Shown: positions 1 to 9,054 of the stretch, one piece after another | How the letters are laid out: the number at the start of each line of letters is the position of its first letter | Numbering within the stretch: the first letter of the stretch is position 1 | Origin: Nanobdellota archaeon | Lineage (GTDB): Archaea > Nanobdellota > Nanobdellia > Pacearchaeales > GW2011-AR1 | Direction: 5' to 3' | DNA: 64,000 nt | Assembly (NCBI GenBank): GCA_027334715.1 | Contig: DAHWUG010000003.1 | Location: 9,485 to 73,484 of the forward strand | Position numbers and translations under genes: made by a program | The notes under the pieces: generated by a model | What the model was told of the DNA's origin: nothing | What the model saw: only the letters and a program-made list of their open reading frames with translations | Database searches by the model: none

Positions 1-145
1 TCCTAATACACAACGCTTAAAAACCCATAAATCCACGCTATTTTGTAATGTCAGAAGTAGGGAGATTCGGTTCGTTAATATTTCGGTCGGTTGAACTAGT
101 TCTAAGACAGACAAATAACATGAGTGTAAGGAGGACAAAAATACA

Positions 146-475
146 ATGAAAGTTTACGTAGGAAACTTGCCTTTTACAGTAGATGACGAAAAGCTCAGAG
201 AACTTTTCAGTAAGTTCGGAGATGTTGAGGAAGCTACAATAATAAAGGACAAGTATTCAGGAAGATCGAAAGGATTCGGTTTCGTTACTTTCCAGGATGA
301 CGCTGCTGCCAAGAAAGCTATTGAGGAAATGAATGAGAAAGAAGTTGAAGGCAGAGCATTGAAAGTTAATGAAGCAAGGCCAATGGAAGAAAGGCCGCCT
401 AGAAGAGATTTCGGTGGAAGAGGCGGAGGAAGAGAAGGCGGAAGAAGCTTTGGCGGTCCAAGAAGAAGGTTTTAG
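146..475 (+). CDS. RRM-domain RNA-binding protein with Gly/Arg-rich tail
   Basis: RNP2 VYVGNL and RNP1 KGFGFVTF motifs; RGG-rich C-terminus; AGGAGG upstream. Confidence 0.95.
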   Translation: MKVYVGNLPFTVDDEKLRELFSKFGDVEEATIIKDKYSGRSKGFGFVTFQDDAAAKKAIEEMNEKEVEGRALKVNEARPMEERPPRRDFGGRGGGREGGRSFGGPRRRF

Positions 476-632
476 GAATTAAAAAACTTCTAAAAAATAC
501 ATTTTTTATTTTTATTTTTTAAAATATCTTTTTAATTATGCATTATTATATTATATATTTTATAATATATATTTTACAGTATATAGTTTGACATCCGGAA
601 AAGCTTAAATAATTTTAATATTACACATCCTT

Positions 633-881
633 ATGCTAGAGGATATTGAATACAGAAATTATATAATCAAGTTGTCTAGTGAGCCCGAAGAAAAGCTTAG
701 GGAAATTGCTGATAGTTACAAAAATGCCGGATGGCTGAGAAAGATTCTTTGGAGCATGTCTTCAGAAAAGAGGTTAATGGCAAAGGCAGCTGACTATCTC
801 CTTACAGAAGGTAAAAAAAGAAGTCATGGAGAACTGGAAGGAAAGGTTATAACTGGTGAATTAAAGATAGTGCAGTTCTAA
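633..881 (+). CDS. hypothetical protein
   Basis: 82-aa ORF with protein-like composition in otherwise non-coding AT-rich DNA. Confidence 0.55.
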   Translation: MLEDIEYRNYIIKLSSEPEEKLREIADSYKNAGWLRKILWSMSSEKRLMAKAADYLLTEGKKRSHGELEGKVITGELKIVQF

Positions 882-979
882 AATTTTTTAAAAAAGATAT
901 TTTCTGTTTGCGGAATGGGATAATTCTGAAAATAATAAAGAAATTATAAAATAAAAAATAACTTTTTATAAAAATCTAA

Positions 980-1162
980 TTAATTTTCAGAAAGAATTAC
1001 ATGCTCAAGCAAAGCGCCTGTATTCTTGGATTTTAAATCCAGAAATGCATATTGCGGCTCTCTACTCCTTATTTGCATGATTAGCTCGGTTATTTTTCTT
1101 CTTTCTTCATTTATTGCATCCTTTGCCTTGTAAATCCACTCATATTCAGGGTAATACTCCAT
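980..1162 (-). CDS. hypothetical protein
   Basis: 60-aa ORF with ATG start and TTTAAA box upstream on the minus strand; no family recognised. Confidence 0.45.
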   Translation of the reverse strand: MEYYPEYEWIYKAKDAINEERRKITELIMQIRSREPQYAFLDLKSKNTGALLEHVILSEN

Positions 1163-1239
1163 GTAGTTAAAAATGCAGGAATCGTTATTTAAAGATTATT
1201 ATTCACAAGGCTTAAATATGCCTGAATTGTTAATTTTTT

Positions 1240-1520
1240 GTAAGTCGGGAAGTTAACTTTCGGGATTCAGCCTTTAATCAGGCAGATGTCGAAAAATATC
1301 GATATCGAATTCTGAGGAAGGTCCGGCCACCACATAACGTTGCCTTTTGAAAAAAAGGTTCTCGCGAGGGAAAGCTCCAGAACAGAAACGACCCTATTAA
1401 GTTAGGCTGAAACGACTGACTCAACAGGTGCAACCTCTTTGTGAGGGCTTAGTCGAATGTTAACACAAACTGTCCCTGCATGCGGGGAGTTTGACAGAAG
1501 CTGGCCTATTCCTGACTTAC
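1240..1520 (+). ncRNA. rnpB: RNase P RNA (compact archaeal type)
   Basis: P1 GTAAGTCGGGA/TCCTGACTTAC; conserved GAGGAAGGTCCGGC, ACAGAAACG, TGAAAC, GGTGCAA and ACAGAAGCTGGCCTA motifs in the correct order. Confidence 0.9.
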
Positions 1521-1580
1521 TTTTATTTTTCTCTTAGAAAGTCTTTTAAAACAAATATTGCTCAGATTATCAAGTTTTAA

Positions 1581-1652
1581 GGGCAGGTAGCTCAGTGGGA
1601 GAGCACATGACTGAAGCTCATGGCGTCGGGGGTTCGATTCCCTCTCTGCCCA
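1581..1652 (+). tRNA. tRNA-Phe(GAA)
   Basis: cloverleaf; anticodon arm CATGA-CTGAAGC-TCATG; T loop TTCGATT; CCA not encoded. Confidence 0.95.
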
Positions 1653-1724
1653 TCCCCATAACATTTATAAAATTAAGTCTATTGGTATAAAAATAATGGT
1701 GATAAAAAATTAAAAGAGGAAAAA

Positions 1725-1982
1725 ATGGCTGAAGAAAGAATAAACAAGGATTCTATTGCATACACTCTTGGAATTTTAAGCATAGTTTTTGCATTTACGT
1801 CAGCATTGACCGGAATAATTGTATCAATAATCGGAGTATACCAAAGCAAGGGGCTTAAAAAAGCAAGAAGATTGAATGTAATTGGCCTTGTTTTGTCAAT
1901 AGTTATGTTCATAATAAACATTATTGCAGGAATTTACTTTTTAAACTCTGGATTGTCAAGCACGGGTACTTTCCCATTTTAA
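1725..1982 (+). CDS. small membrane protein (DUF4190-like)
   Basis: two to three hydrophobic helices, LGILSIV and IGLVLSI motifs. Confidence 0.7.
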   Translation: MAEERINKDSIAYTLGILSIVFAFTSALTGIIVSIIGVYQSKGLKKARRLNVIGLVLSIVMFIINIIAGIYFLNSGLSSTGTFPF

Positions 1983-1983
1983 A

Positions 1984-2541
1984 ATGAGCATAAAAAATTA
2001 CAAGAAAGGCCAGATGGAAATGTCTATGGGAACAATAGTTACCATAGTTCTTCTGGTGATTGTTCTTGTTTTGGGAATCTTCTTTATACAAAAAATCTTC
2101 AACTCTGGTTCAAATGTTATTGACCAAGTTGATTCTTCTGTTAATGGTCAACTAAGCACATTGTTTGGTCAGGATCAGACAAAGCAGATAGTTTTTTATC
2201 CATCTAATCAAATGATAATAAACAAGGGAAGTTCTGGCGGGTTTGCTTTTTCCTTAAGAAACACTGACAACACTAATGGAGTTTTTTCTTATGATGTTTT
2301 TGTTCAGGAAATCGGTTCAGATTGTACAATGACCAAAGATGAAGCAAATAACTTAATCATTCTTGGAGGAACAGGGGCCAATATAAACATACCATCAGGA
2401 AGTTTCCTTGAACAGGGGATACTTGTAAAGTTTAAGATCCCTCCCTCAGCGCCTTTGTGTGATATCAGATACGGAATAGACGTTCAAAAAGATGGAAATA
2501 CTTATATTCCAACAGTAAGTGTTGATTTAACAATAAAGTAA
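1984..2541 (+). CDS. pilin-like protein with class III signal peptide
   Basis: KKGQ/MEMSMG followed by a long hydrophobic helix; C-terminal beta-rich domain with a Cys pair. Confidence 0.75.
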   Translation: MSIKNYKKGQMEMSMGTIVTIVLLVIVLVLGIFFIQKIFNSGSNVIDQVDSSVNGQLSTLFGQDQTKQIVFYPSNQMIINKGSSGGFAFSLRNTDNTNGVFSYDVFVQEIGSDCTMTKDEANNLIILGGTGANINIPSGSFLEQGILVKFKIPPSAPLCDIRYGIDVQKDGNTYIPTVSVDLTIK

Positions 2542-2596
2542 ATCTTTTATTTCCTGTAACCTTAACTTTTATTAATTGATTTTACATTGATTATTC

Positions 2597-3976
2597 ATGC
2601 ATGAAAAACTTAAAATCTATAATACTTTAACAAGAAAAAAAGAGGATTTCAAGCCGATAAAGCCGGGATTTGCAGGAATATACACATGCGGACCAACTGT
2701 CTATTGGTATCAGCATATAGGAAATCTTAGAAGCTATATTTTTCCAGATATTCTCAAAAGAGTACTAATCTATGATGGATTCAAGGTCAAGCAGATAATA
2801 AATATAACAGATGTAGGGCATTTAACTTCTGATGCAGATACGGGAGAGGACAAGATGGAAAAGGCTGCAAAAAAAGAGGGAAAAGCCGCAAAAGATATTG
2901 CAGATTATTATTTCAAAATTTTCAGGGAGGACTTAAAAAAAATAAATGTCCTTGAGCCAAGCGAATGGACAAAGGCTACAGAAAACATAAAAGAGCAGAT
3001 TGAACTGATAAAAAAGCTTGAGGAAAAAGGATACACCTACAAAACAAGTGATGGAATTTATTTCAACACTTCAAAATTCAAGGATTATGGCAAGCTTGCG
3101 GGTCTTAAAAAAGAGGGGATCAAGGCAGGAAAAAGGATTGCTGTCGGAGAGAAAAAAAATAGCACTGACTTTGCACTGTGGAAATTCTCTGAAACTCCCG
3201 GAGAAAGGCTTCAGGAATGGAATTCTCCATGGGGAATCGGATTCCCTGGATGGCATATTGAGTGCAGTGCCATGTCAATGAAATATCTTGGAGAACATTT
3301 TGACATACACACAGGCGGCCAGGACCATATACAAATACACCATACAAATGAAATTGCCCAAAGCGAAGCTGCAACAGGAAAAAAATTTGTTAATTACTGG
3401 GTTCACGGGGCATGGCTTTTGTTCAGGGGAGAAAAAATATCAAAAAGCTCCGGAGGATTATACACCATTTCAGAGCTTGAGAAAAAAGGATTTGAACCTT
3501 TAGACTTCAGGTATCTCTGCCTAGGAACGCATTATCGAAAGCCATTAAGCTTTACTTTTGAAAATCTTGAGACGGCAAAAAATTCATATCAAAGACTGAA
3601 GAATATAATAAAAGAACTTAAAGAAAGCGGAAAAATAAACAAAAAATATCTTCAGGAGTTTGAGAAAGCTGTTAATGATGACATGGACATGCCAAGAGCA
3701 CTGCAGGTGCTGTGGAATTTGCTTAGAGACAAGAAAGCAGAAGGGAAAAAAGAAACTATTAAGGAAATGGACAAAATTTTTGGACTTGATTTGCTCAGGG
3801 AAGATAAAATTGAACTTCCTGCTGAAATAAAAAGCATGGTAAAGCAAAGGGAAGAAATGAGAAAAAAAGGAAGATGGGAAGAGGCTGACAGAATAAGGGA
3901 TGAAATAAAAGATAAAGGCTATGTCATTGAAGATACAAAAGACGGATTTTTAGTAAAAAAAGAGCAAAAGATGTAA
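2597..3976 (+). CDS. cysS: cysteine--tRNA ligase
   Basis: CGPTVY, HIGN, DFALWK, PGWHIECSAM, KISKS motifs. Confidence 0.97.
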   Translation: MHEKLKIYNTLTRKKEDFKPIKPGFAGIYTCGPTVYWYQHIGNLRSYIFPDILKRVLIYDGFKVKQIINITDVGHLTSDADTGEDKMEKAAKKEGKAAKDIADYYFKIFREDLKKINVLEPSEWTKATENIKEQIELIKKLEEKGYTYKTSDGIYFNTSKFKDYGKLAGLKKEGIKAGKRIAVGEKKNSTDFALWKFSETPGERLQEWNSPWGIGFPGWHIECSAMSMKYLGEHFDIHTGGQDHIQIHHTNEIAQSEAATGKKFVNYWVHGAWLLFRGEKISKSSGGLYTISELEKKGFEPLDFRYLCLGTHYRKPLSFTFENLETAKNSYQRLKNIIKELKESGKINKKYLQEFEKAVNDDMDMPRALQVLWNLLRDKKAEGKKETIKEMDKIFGLDLLREDKIELPAEIKSMVKQREEMRKKGRWEEADRIRDEIKDKGYVIEDTKDGFLVKKEQKM

Positions 3977-4043
3977 CTTTTGTTTCATAAGTTTTAAATA
4001 TGGCAGAGATTTTCAATAAAAATTAGGCAAAAAAAGAGGAAAA

Positions 4044-5345
4044 ATGACTGAAAAAAAAGTTGAATGGTATCATAGTTTTATAAATCTGAAATACAAACCA
4101 AAAAAAACAGACTTGAAAGTTCTTTATTATTTCGAACCTGCAAAGGGAATAACAAAGGAAGATGCCATAGGAAGAATTGCGTCTGAAAGCAGCACAGGGA
4201 CATGGACAACCTTATTCAAGCTTCCTCCAAGAATGAAAGAATTAATGGCAACTGCCTACAAAATTGAAGGAAATTATGTTCATGTTGCATATCCTTTTGA
4301 TTTGTGGGAAAGGGGAAACATGCCACAACTTCTTTCAGGAATTGCGGGAAATATTTTTGGGATGAAAGCTCTAAACAATCTTAAACTTATTGACGCATCT
4401 CTTCCTTATGAATATCTCCAGGGATTTAAGGGACCTAATCTGGGAATTCCTGGATTGAGAAAATATTTTCATGTTTACAACAGGCCGTTGACCGGCGCTG
4501 TTCCAAAACCAAAAATTGGATTCACATCAGAAGAGCATGCGAAAATTGGGTATGAAACATGGATGGGCGGATTTGACCTAGTCAAGGATGACGAGAATCT
4601 TACAAGCACAAGTTTCAATAATTTTTACAGGAGGGTGGAGCTTATGGCAAAAATGAGGGACAAAGCAGAGAAGGAAACAGGAGAAATAAAGGATGCTCTG
4701 ATAAACATAACATCTAAAACAAAAGAAATGGAAAAACGAGCAAAGTTTTTGCATAATCATGGATTCAAATATGCGATGATTGATGTTGTGACATGTGGCA
4801 CAGCTGCTGTCCAGACTTTAAGGGAGACAATGGGCGATTATGGAATGGCAATTCATGCGCATAGAGCAATGCATGCTGCATTTGATAGGAATCCCAAGCA
4901 TGGAATATCAATGGAATTTCTTGCAAAAATAATGAAGACAATTGGAGTTGACCAGATACATTCTGGAACAGCAGTAGGAAAATTAATTGGCAGCAGGGAA
5001 GAGGTTTTATCTGTTGCGAATGTCCTCAGGGAGAAAAATGTTAAACCTTATAAAAAAGTTTTATTAGAACAAGCATGGGGGAACATGAAACCCGCATTTC
5101 CGGTGACTTCAGGAGGATTGCATCCCGGCATAGTTCCAGATGTTATGAATATTTATGGAATAAATTCAGTCATTCTTATTTCAGGCGGAATACATGGTCA
5201 TCCTCGTGGAACAAGGGCAGGGGCAATTGCTTCAATGCAGGCAATAGAAGCAACAAACAAAAAAATAAGCCTTGAGGAATATGCAAAAACACATAAAGAA
5301 CTTAGGGAAGCCCTGGAAAAATGGGGAAGAATGAGACCTGAATAA
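4044..5345 (+). CDS. rbcL: RuBisCO large subunit, archaeal form III / III-like
   Basis: ESSTGTW, KPKIG, catalytic DLVKDDE, HAHRAMH, SGGLHPG, GGIHGHP motifs. Confidence 0.95.
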   Translation: MTEKKVEWYHSFINLKYKPKKTDLKVLYYFEPAKGITKEDAIGRIASESSTGTWTTLFKLPPRMKELMATAYKIEGNYVHVAYPFDLWERGNMPQLLSGIAGNIFGMKALNNLKLIDASLPYEYLQGFKGPNLGIPGLRKYFHVYNRPLTGAVPKPKIGFTSEEHAKIGYETWMGGFDLVKDDENLTSTSFNNFYRRVELMAKMRDKAEKETGEIKDALINITSKTKEMEKRAKFLHNHGFKYAMIDVVTCGTAAVQTLRETMGDYGMAIHAHRAMHAAFDRNPKHGISMEFLAKIMKTIGVDQIHSGTAVGKLIGSREEVLSVANVLREKNVKPYKKVLLEQAWGNMKPAFPVTSGGLHPGIVPDVMNIYGINSVILISGGIHGHPRGTRAGAIASMQAIEATNKKISLEEYAKTHKELREALEKWGRMRPE

Positions 5346-5363
5346 AAAACTCCTGAAAATAAA

Positions 5364-5810
5364 ATGCCAAAGTACAGACAAGCTGTTTTTGCCTTGCCTT
5401 ATGCAAAAACAAAAAATGGAATTGAATATATTCTTCTTAAGAGAAAACTGCACTGGGTTGGGTGGGAATTCACCAAAGGAGGAATAGAGAAAGGAGAGAA
5501 AAAAGAGGAAACGGCAAGAAGAGAATTGAGAGAGGAAACTGGGAGACGTGCATTAAAAATAAAAAGATTCAATTTTTCCGGAAAATACAAATACAACAAA
5601 AAGTTTCCAACAAGGCATGGAATGATCGGGCAAACGTTCACTCTTTTTGCGGGAGAAGTAAAAAAAGGGCCCGTAAAAATCTCAAGAAAAGAGCATTCAA
5701 GGCATAAATGGGTGGATTTTTCCCAAGCAATTAAAATGCTGAAGTTTGCGGACCAAAGAAAATCCTTAAGAATTGTGAATTCATGGTTAATGCATGGCAG
5801 AAAAAATTAA
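5364..5810 (+). CDS. NUDIX hydrolase
   Basis: Nudix box GGIEKGEKKEETARRELREETG. Confidence 0.92.
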   Translation: MPKYRQAVFALPYAKTKNGIEYILLKRKLHWVGWEFTKGGIEKGEKKEETARRELREETGRRALKIKRFNFSGKYKYNKKFPTRHGMIGQTFTLFAGEVKKGPVKISRKEHSRHKWVDFSQAIKMLKFADQRKSLRIVNSWLMHGRKN

Positions 5811-6171
5811 GTTCAGGGAGATAAAAATTCCCACAGGTTCTGAGTTTATTCTTGGTAGAGACGAAAGAAGCAATGATGAGCTTATGAAAAAATTCAAGGG
5901 GAAAGAAAATGTTATTCTTCACACTAAAGCTCCGGGAAGCCCTTTTTGCGTTATAAAAAGCAAGGTTTTTGAAGGCGATGTGAATGCTGCAGCTGTTCTT
6001 TGCGCAAGATATAGCCAGGACTGGAGAGACAACAAAGGAGATGTTGCAATTAATGTTTTCACAGGAAAGGATATTTCCAAAGGGAAAAAAATGAAGGCAG
6101 GAACATGGAATGTAAAAGAATTCAGGACAATAATAGTTAAAAAGGAAGACATTTTGAAAGTTCTGAAATGA
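5794..6171 (+). CDS. NFACT RNA-binding domain protein (DUF814-like)
   Basis: GRDERSNDEL, LHTKAPGSPFCVI, AAVLCARYS motifs. Confidence 0.8.
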   Translation: MAEKIKFREIKIPTGSEFILGRDERSNDELMKKFKGKENVILHTKAPGSPFCVIKSKVFEGDVNAAAVLCARYSQDWRDNKGDVAINVFTGKDISKGKKMKAGTWNVKEFRTIIVKKEDILKVLK

Positions 6172-6725
6172 TAAAAGTTGCTCTGATTGGTGCGCATGGA
6201 TCTGGAAAAACTACTGCATGCCTGGACATTGCGCTTGGCTTAAAAAAAGAAGGAGTTGGTGTTGTGAAGATTCTTGATGAAGTAGCAACAGAGCTTCCAA
6301 GATTGCCCGGTTTTGCGATAAATGAAAGCACAACTGAATTGGCTCAGAGGTATATTCTGCTAGAACAAATGAGGGGAGAGATATTCTATGAAGCAAAACA
6401 AAATATTGATGTCCTTATATGTGACAGGGGTTCTATTGATAATTATGCTTATTTTAAACGGGGAGGATTCAGCGATTCTGTACTTGATTCATTTGTAAGG
6501 GAGCATGCCAAGAGTTATGACGCATTATTCAAGATCCATCCGGATTCAAAATATCTAAAAGATGATGGAATAAGATCAACGAGCAGACCATTCCAGATTG
6601 AAATAGACGGCATTGTTACCAAAATATTAAAAGAATGGAATATTCCGTTTGACTGCTATGACGGAGATCCAATATTGGCATCAAAAAAAGCAGTAAAAAA
6701 AATAATTAACTTAATGGACAGATAA
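6168..6725 (+). CDS. P-loop NTPase, NadR/AAA_28 or nucleotide-kinase-like
   Basis: Walker A GAHGSGKTT; ICDRGSID; DDGIRS. Confidence 0.8.
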   Translation: MIKVALIGAHGSGKTTACLDIALGLKKEGVGVVKILDEVATELPRLPGFAINESTTELAQRYILLEQMRGEIFYEAKQNIDVLICDRGSIDNYAYFKRGGFSDSVLDSFVREHAKSYDALFKIHPDSKYLKDDGIRSTSRPFQIEIDGIVTKILKEWNIPFDCYDGDPILASKKAVKKIINLMDR

Positions 6726-6726
6726 A

Positions 6727-6969
6727 ATGTCAACAAGCCATTCACAACTGGGAAAAAATGGAGTAACCGGGAATTTCATTGAAACAATGAAGGACCATTT
6801 TAAGAATCATGACAATGTGAAGGTTTCTGTGCTGAAAAGCGCGGGGCACAGCAAAGAAGCAAATGAAAAATACAAAAACGAGATCCTTGAAAAAATGGGT
6901 GAACATTATACTGCAAAGACGGTAGGGTTCACAATATTTGTTAAGAAATGGAGAAAGAAAGCAAGATAG
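6727..6969 (+). CDS. YhbY/CRM-domain RNA-binding protein
   Basis: QLGKNGVT, HDNVKVSVLKS, VGFT motifs; upstream of S19e as in many archaea. Confidence 0.8.
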   Translation: MSTSHSQLGKNGVTGNFIETMKDHFKNHDNVKVSVLKSAGHSKEANEKYKNEILEKMGEHYTAKTVGFTIFVKKWRKKAR

Positions 6970-6979
6970 AATTTTGAAA

Positions 6980-7321
6980 ATGGAAAGAAGAGAGTATTTT
7001 GTAAGAAAAAGAAGCCATTTGATTGATATCAGAGATTATATCGAAGAACTTTATGTTAAAGAAGGGAAAGGAATAGGGGTTATTAGGGATGGGAAAATAA
7101 ATGTTTATCATGTTCCAGATTATTTTGGGGAAAATTCAAAATATTGCGGAAGTGTTATTGTCGCTCTATGTTTTTCAACCAATCAGGTCATACTTACTGG
7201 AAATCCATTAGATATTGGCTCAATGAAAACTGATTTAGAAAATGTTATTGAAGGCACTTTAATGGCAAATAAGATAGTTAAAAATGGGCAACAGTGGGGA
7301 AGCAGTAGGTTTATAAATTGA
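6980..7321 (+). CDS. hypothetical protein
   Basis: ORF filling the gap between yhbY and S19e; ATG at 6980. Confidence 0.6.
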   Translation: MERREYFVRKRSHLIDIRDYIEELYVKEGKGIGVIRDGKINVYHVPDYFGENSKYCGSVIVALCFSTNQVILTGNPLDIGSMKTDLENVIEGTLMANKIVKNGQQWGSSRFIN

Positions 7322-7338
7322 AAATTGCCCTTAATTTA

Positions 7339-7381
7339 AGCTAACTTCACAATGTGAGGTTCTAATTCCGAAAGGAATGCT
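7339..7381 (+). promoter_or_regulatory. structured 5' leader of the S19e operon
   Basis: TTTATAAA box at about 7310; hairpins AACTTCAC-AAT-GTGAGGTT and ATTCC-GAAA-GGAAT closed by AGC/GCT. Confidence 0.45.
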
Positions 7382-7385
7382 AATA

Positions 7386-7817
7386 ATGGAAAAAAATTCA
7401 GTATACGAGATGAACCCTCAGGAATACAACTTGAAATTAGCAGAAGCTTTGAAAAAAATTCCGGAATTCAAGGCGCCTGAATGGGTAGAATTTGTTAAGT
7501 CAAGCCCTTCAAAAGAAAGGCCGATAGACGAGCCTGATTTCTGGTACAAAAGAGCTGCAAGCATTCTCAGGCAAATTTACAGGAAAAAAACAATAGGAGT
7601 AAACAGGCTGAGAACAAGATATGGAAGCAAGAAAAACAGGGGAATGAAGCCAGAGAGATTCATGAAATCTGGCGGAAAAATAATCCGTGTTATTCTCCAG
7701 CAATCTGACAATGCAGGATTCACAGAAATTGTTAAAAAAATAAAAGGAGTAAGGGAAAAAAGGCCGGGAAGGCAGCTTACTGAAAAAGGAAGAAAATTCT
7801 TGGAGGCAATAAATTAG
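7386..7817 (+). CDS. rps19e: 30S ribosomal protein S19e
   Basis: PEWVEFVKS, DFWYKRAASILR, GGKIIRVILQQ, GRQLTEKG. Confidence 0.95.
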   Translation: MEKNSVYEMNPQEYNLKLAEALKKIPEFKAPEWVEFVKSSPSKERPIDEPDFWYKRAASILRQIYRKKTIGVNRLRTRYGSKKNRGMKPERFMKSGGKIIRVILQQSDNAGFTEIVKKIKGVREKRPGRQLTEKGRKFLEAIN

Positions 7818-7818
7818 A

Positions 7819-8022
7819 ATGGGAATAAAAAATCCGGGGAAAAAAGCAACGCTTGCAAAGAAAGGAAGGCAGACAAAGTGGGCGCCTGTATGGGCAGTGC
7901 TCAACAAATACGGGATGGGAAAAAAGGTGCATCCATCTGCAATGACAAGATACAGAAGATCATGGAGAAGGACAAAACTGCATATTAAACCAAGAAAACA
8001 GAGAAAATACCACTTCGGATAA
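7819..8022 (+). CDS. rpl39e: 50S ribosomal protein L39e
   Basis: LAKKGRQTKWAPVW, RRSWRRTKL; operon position. Confidence 0.85.
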   Translation: MGIKNPGKKATLAKKGRQTKWAPVWAVLNKYGMGKKVHPSAMTRYRRSWRRTKLHIKPRKQRKYHFG

Positions 8023-8029
8023 ATAAAAA

Positions 8030-8722
8030 ATGGCAGAAGAAAAAAAGGAAGAAATAAAAAAACACGAAAAGACTGAAACTGAAGAAAAGAAAGAAATGAT
8101 GGCAGAAGAAAAAAAGCCGGAGGCAAAAACAGAATCAAAAGCGGAGAAGAAAGAAGAAAAAAAGGAAGAGAAAACAGAGAAAAAGCAGGAAAAAGAATTC
8201 ATAATCCCCTTAAGAAAAACATTCAGAAACACAGTCATATACAAAAGGACTCCAAAAGCAATAAGGACAATAAAGGAATTTCTCTTAAGACATATGAAGT
8301 TTTATGACGGAAACTTGAAAAGCGTTAAGATAGACAAATATCTCAATGAATTTATCTGGGCAAGAAGCATAAGGAATCCTCCTGCAAAAGTCAAAATTAA
8401 GGCTTTTGTAGACGGCGATTTCATAAGGGCAGAGCTTGCAGAATTCCCCGAAAATTTAAGATTCAAAAAAGAAAGGCTTGAAAAAAGAGAAAAGAAAGCT
8501 GAAACAGAAAAAGAAAAGGAAAAGAAGAAAGAGCCTGAAAAAACAGAGGAAACAAAGGAGAAAACAGAAGAGGAAAAGAAGGAAGAGAAAGAAAAGAAAT
8601 CAGCTGTTGTAGAAGCCGGGAAGCAGATGGAAAAAACAACTGCAAAACAGGCAAAGCATCAGGCAAAAGGAGCACCAAAACAGCAGAAAACTCAGCCAAG
8701 ACGAATGGCATTGCAGAAGTAA
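8030..8722 (+). CDS. rpl31e: 50S ribosomal protein L31e with long Lys/Glu-rich extensions
   Basis: IIPLR, KRTPKAIRTIKEFL, LNEFIWARSIRNPPAKVKI core. Confidence 0.9.
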   Translation: MAEEKKEEIKKHEKTETEEKKEMMAEEKKPEAKTESKAEKKEEKKEEKTEKKQEKEFIIPLRKTFRNTVIYKRTPKAIRTIKEFLLRHMKFYDGNLKSVKIDKYLNEFIWARSIRNPPAKVKIKAFVDGDFIRAELAEFPENLRFKKERLEKREKKAETEKEKEKKKEPEKTEETKEKTEEEKKEEKEKKSAVVEAGKQMEKTTAKQAKHQAKGAPKQQKTQPRRMALQK

Positions 8723-8753
8723 AGTTTTATTAATTTCTAAAGCAGTTTATTAT

Positions 8754-9050
8754 ATGGAAAAAAATGAAATTATTGAAGGCATTCTGTATATGCTGCAGGG
8801 GGCAACTTCAAAATTTGATGGCCAGGGGTATAAATATTCACAAATTTTAGATTTTCTTAAGGCTAATGGCGTTATTGTTGAAAATTTAAGAGAGATTCTA
8901 AAAGAAATTGAAGATAAAGGGCTTATAGAAGAAAGGTATTTTGGGAAAGAGCATGACGATAGGATTGACTACGCCATAGAACAAAAAGGAATTGATTTAA
9001 TAAAAAATAAGAGAAAAGAAGTGAGAAATAAGTGGAAATTGCAGTATTAA
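8754..9050 (+). CDS. hypothetical winged-helix-like protein
   Basis: LKEIEDKGLIE...YAIEQKG pattern typical of wHTH. Confidence 0.55.
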   Translation: MEKNEIIEGILYMLQGATSKFDGQGYKYSQILDFLKANGVIVENLREILKEIEDKGLIEERYFGKEHDDRIDYAIEQKGIDLIKNKRKEVRNKWKLQY

Positions 9051-9054
9051 ATTT

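Noticed and set aside
50-145. Possible regulatory leader of the RRM gene
   Set aside because: Leader-length gap with an SD, but I could not find a convincing stable structure by eye
8030-8200. GAA/AAA-rich quasi-repeats as a possible tandem repeat or CRISPR array
   Set aside because: Low-complexity coding sequence; no constant repeat-spacer periodicity here or elsewhere in the window, and no cas genes
7509-8711. Phe/Ser/Leu-rich minus-strand ORFs
   Set aside because: Reverse complements of the Lys/Glu-rich r-protein genes
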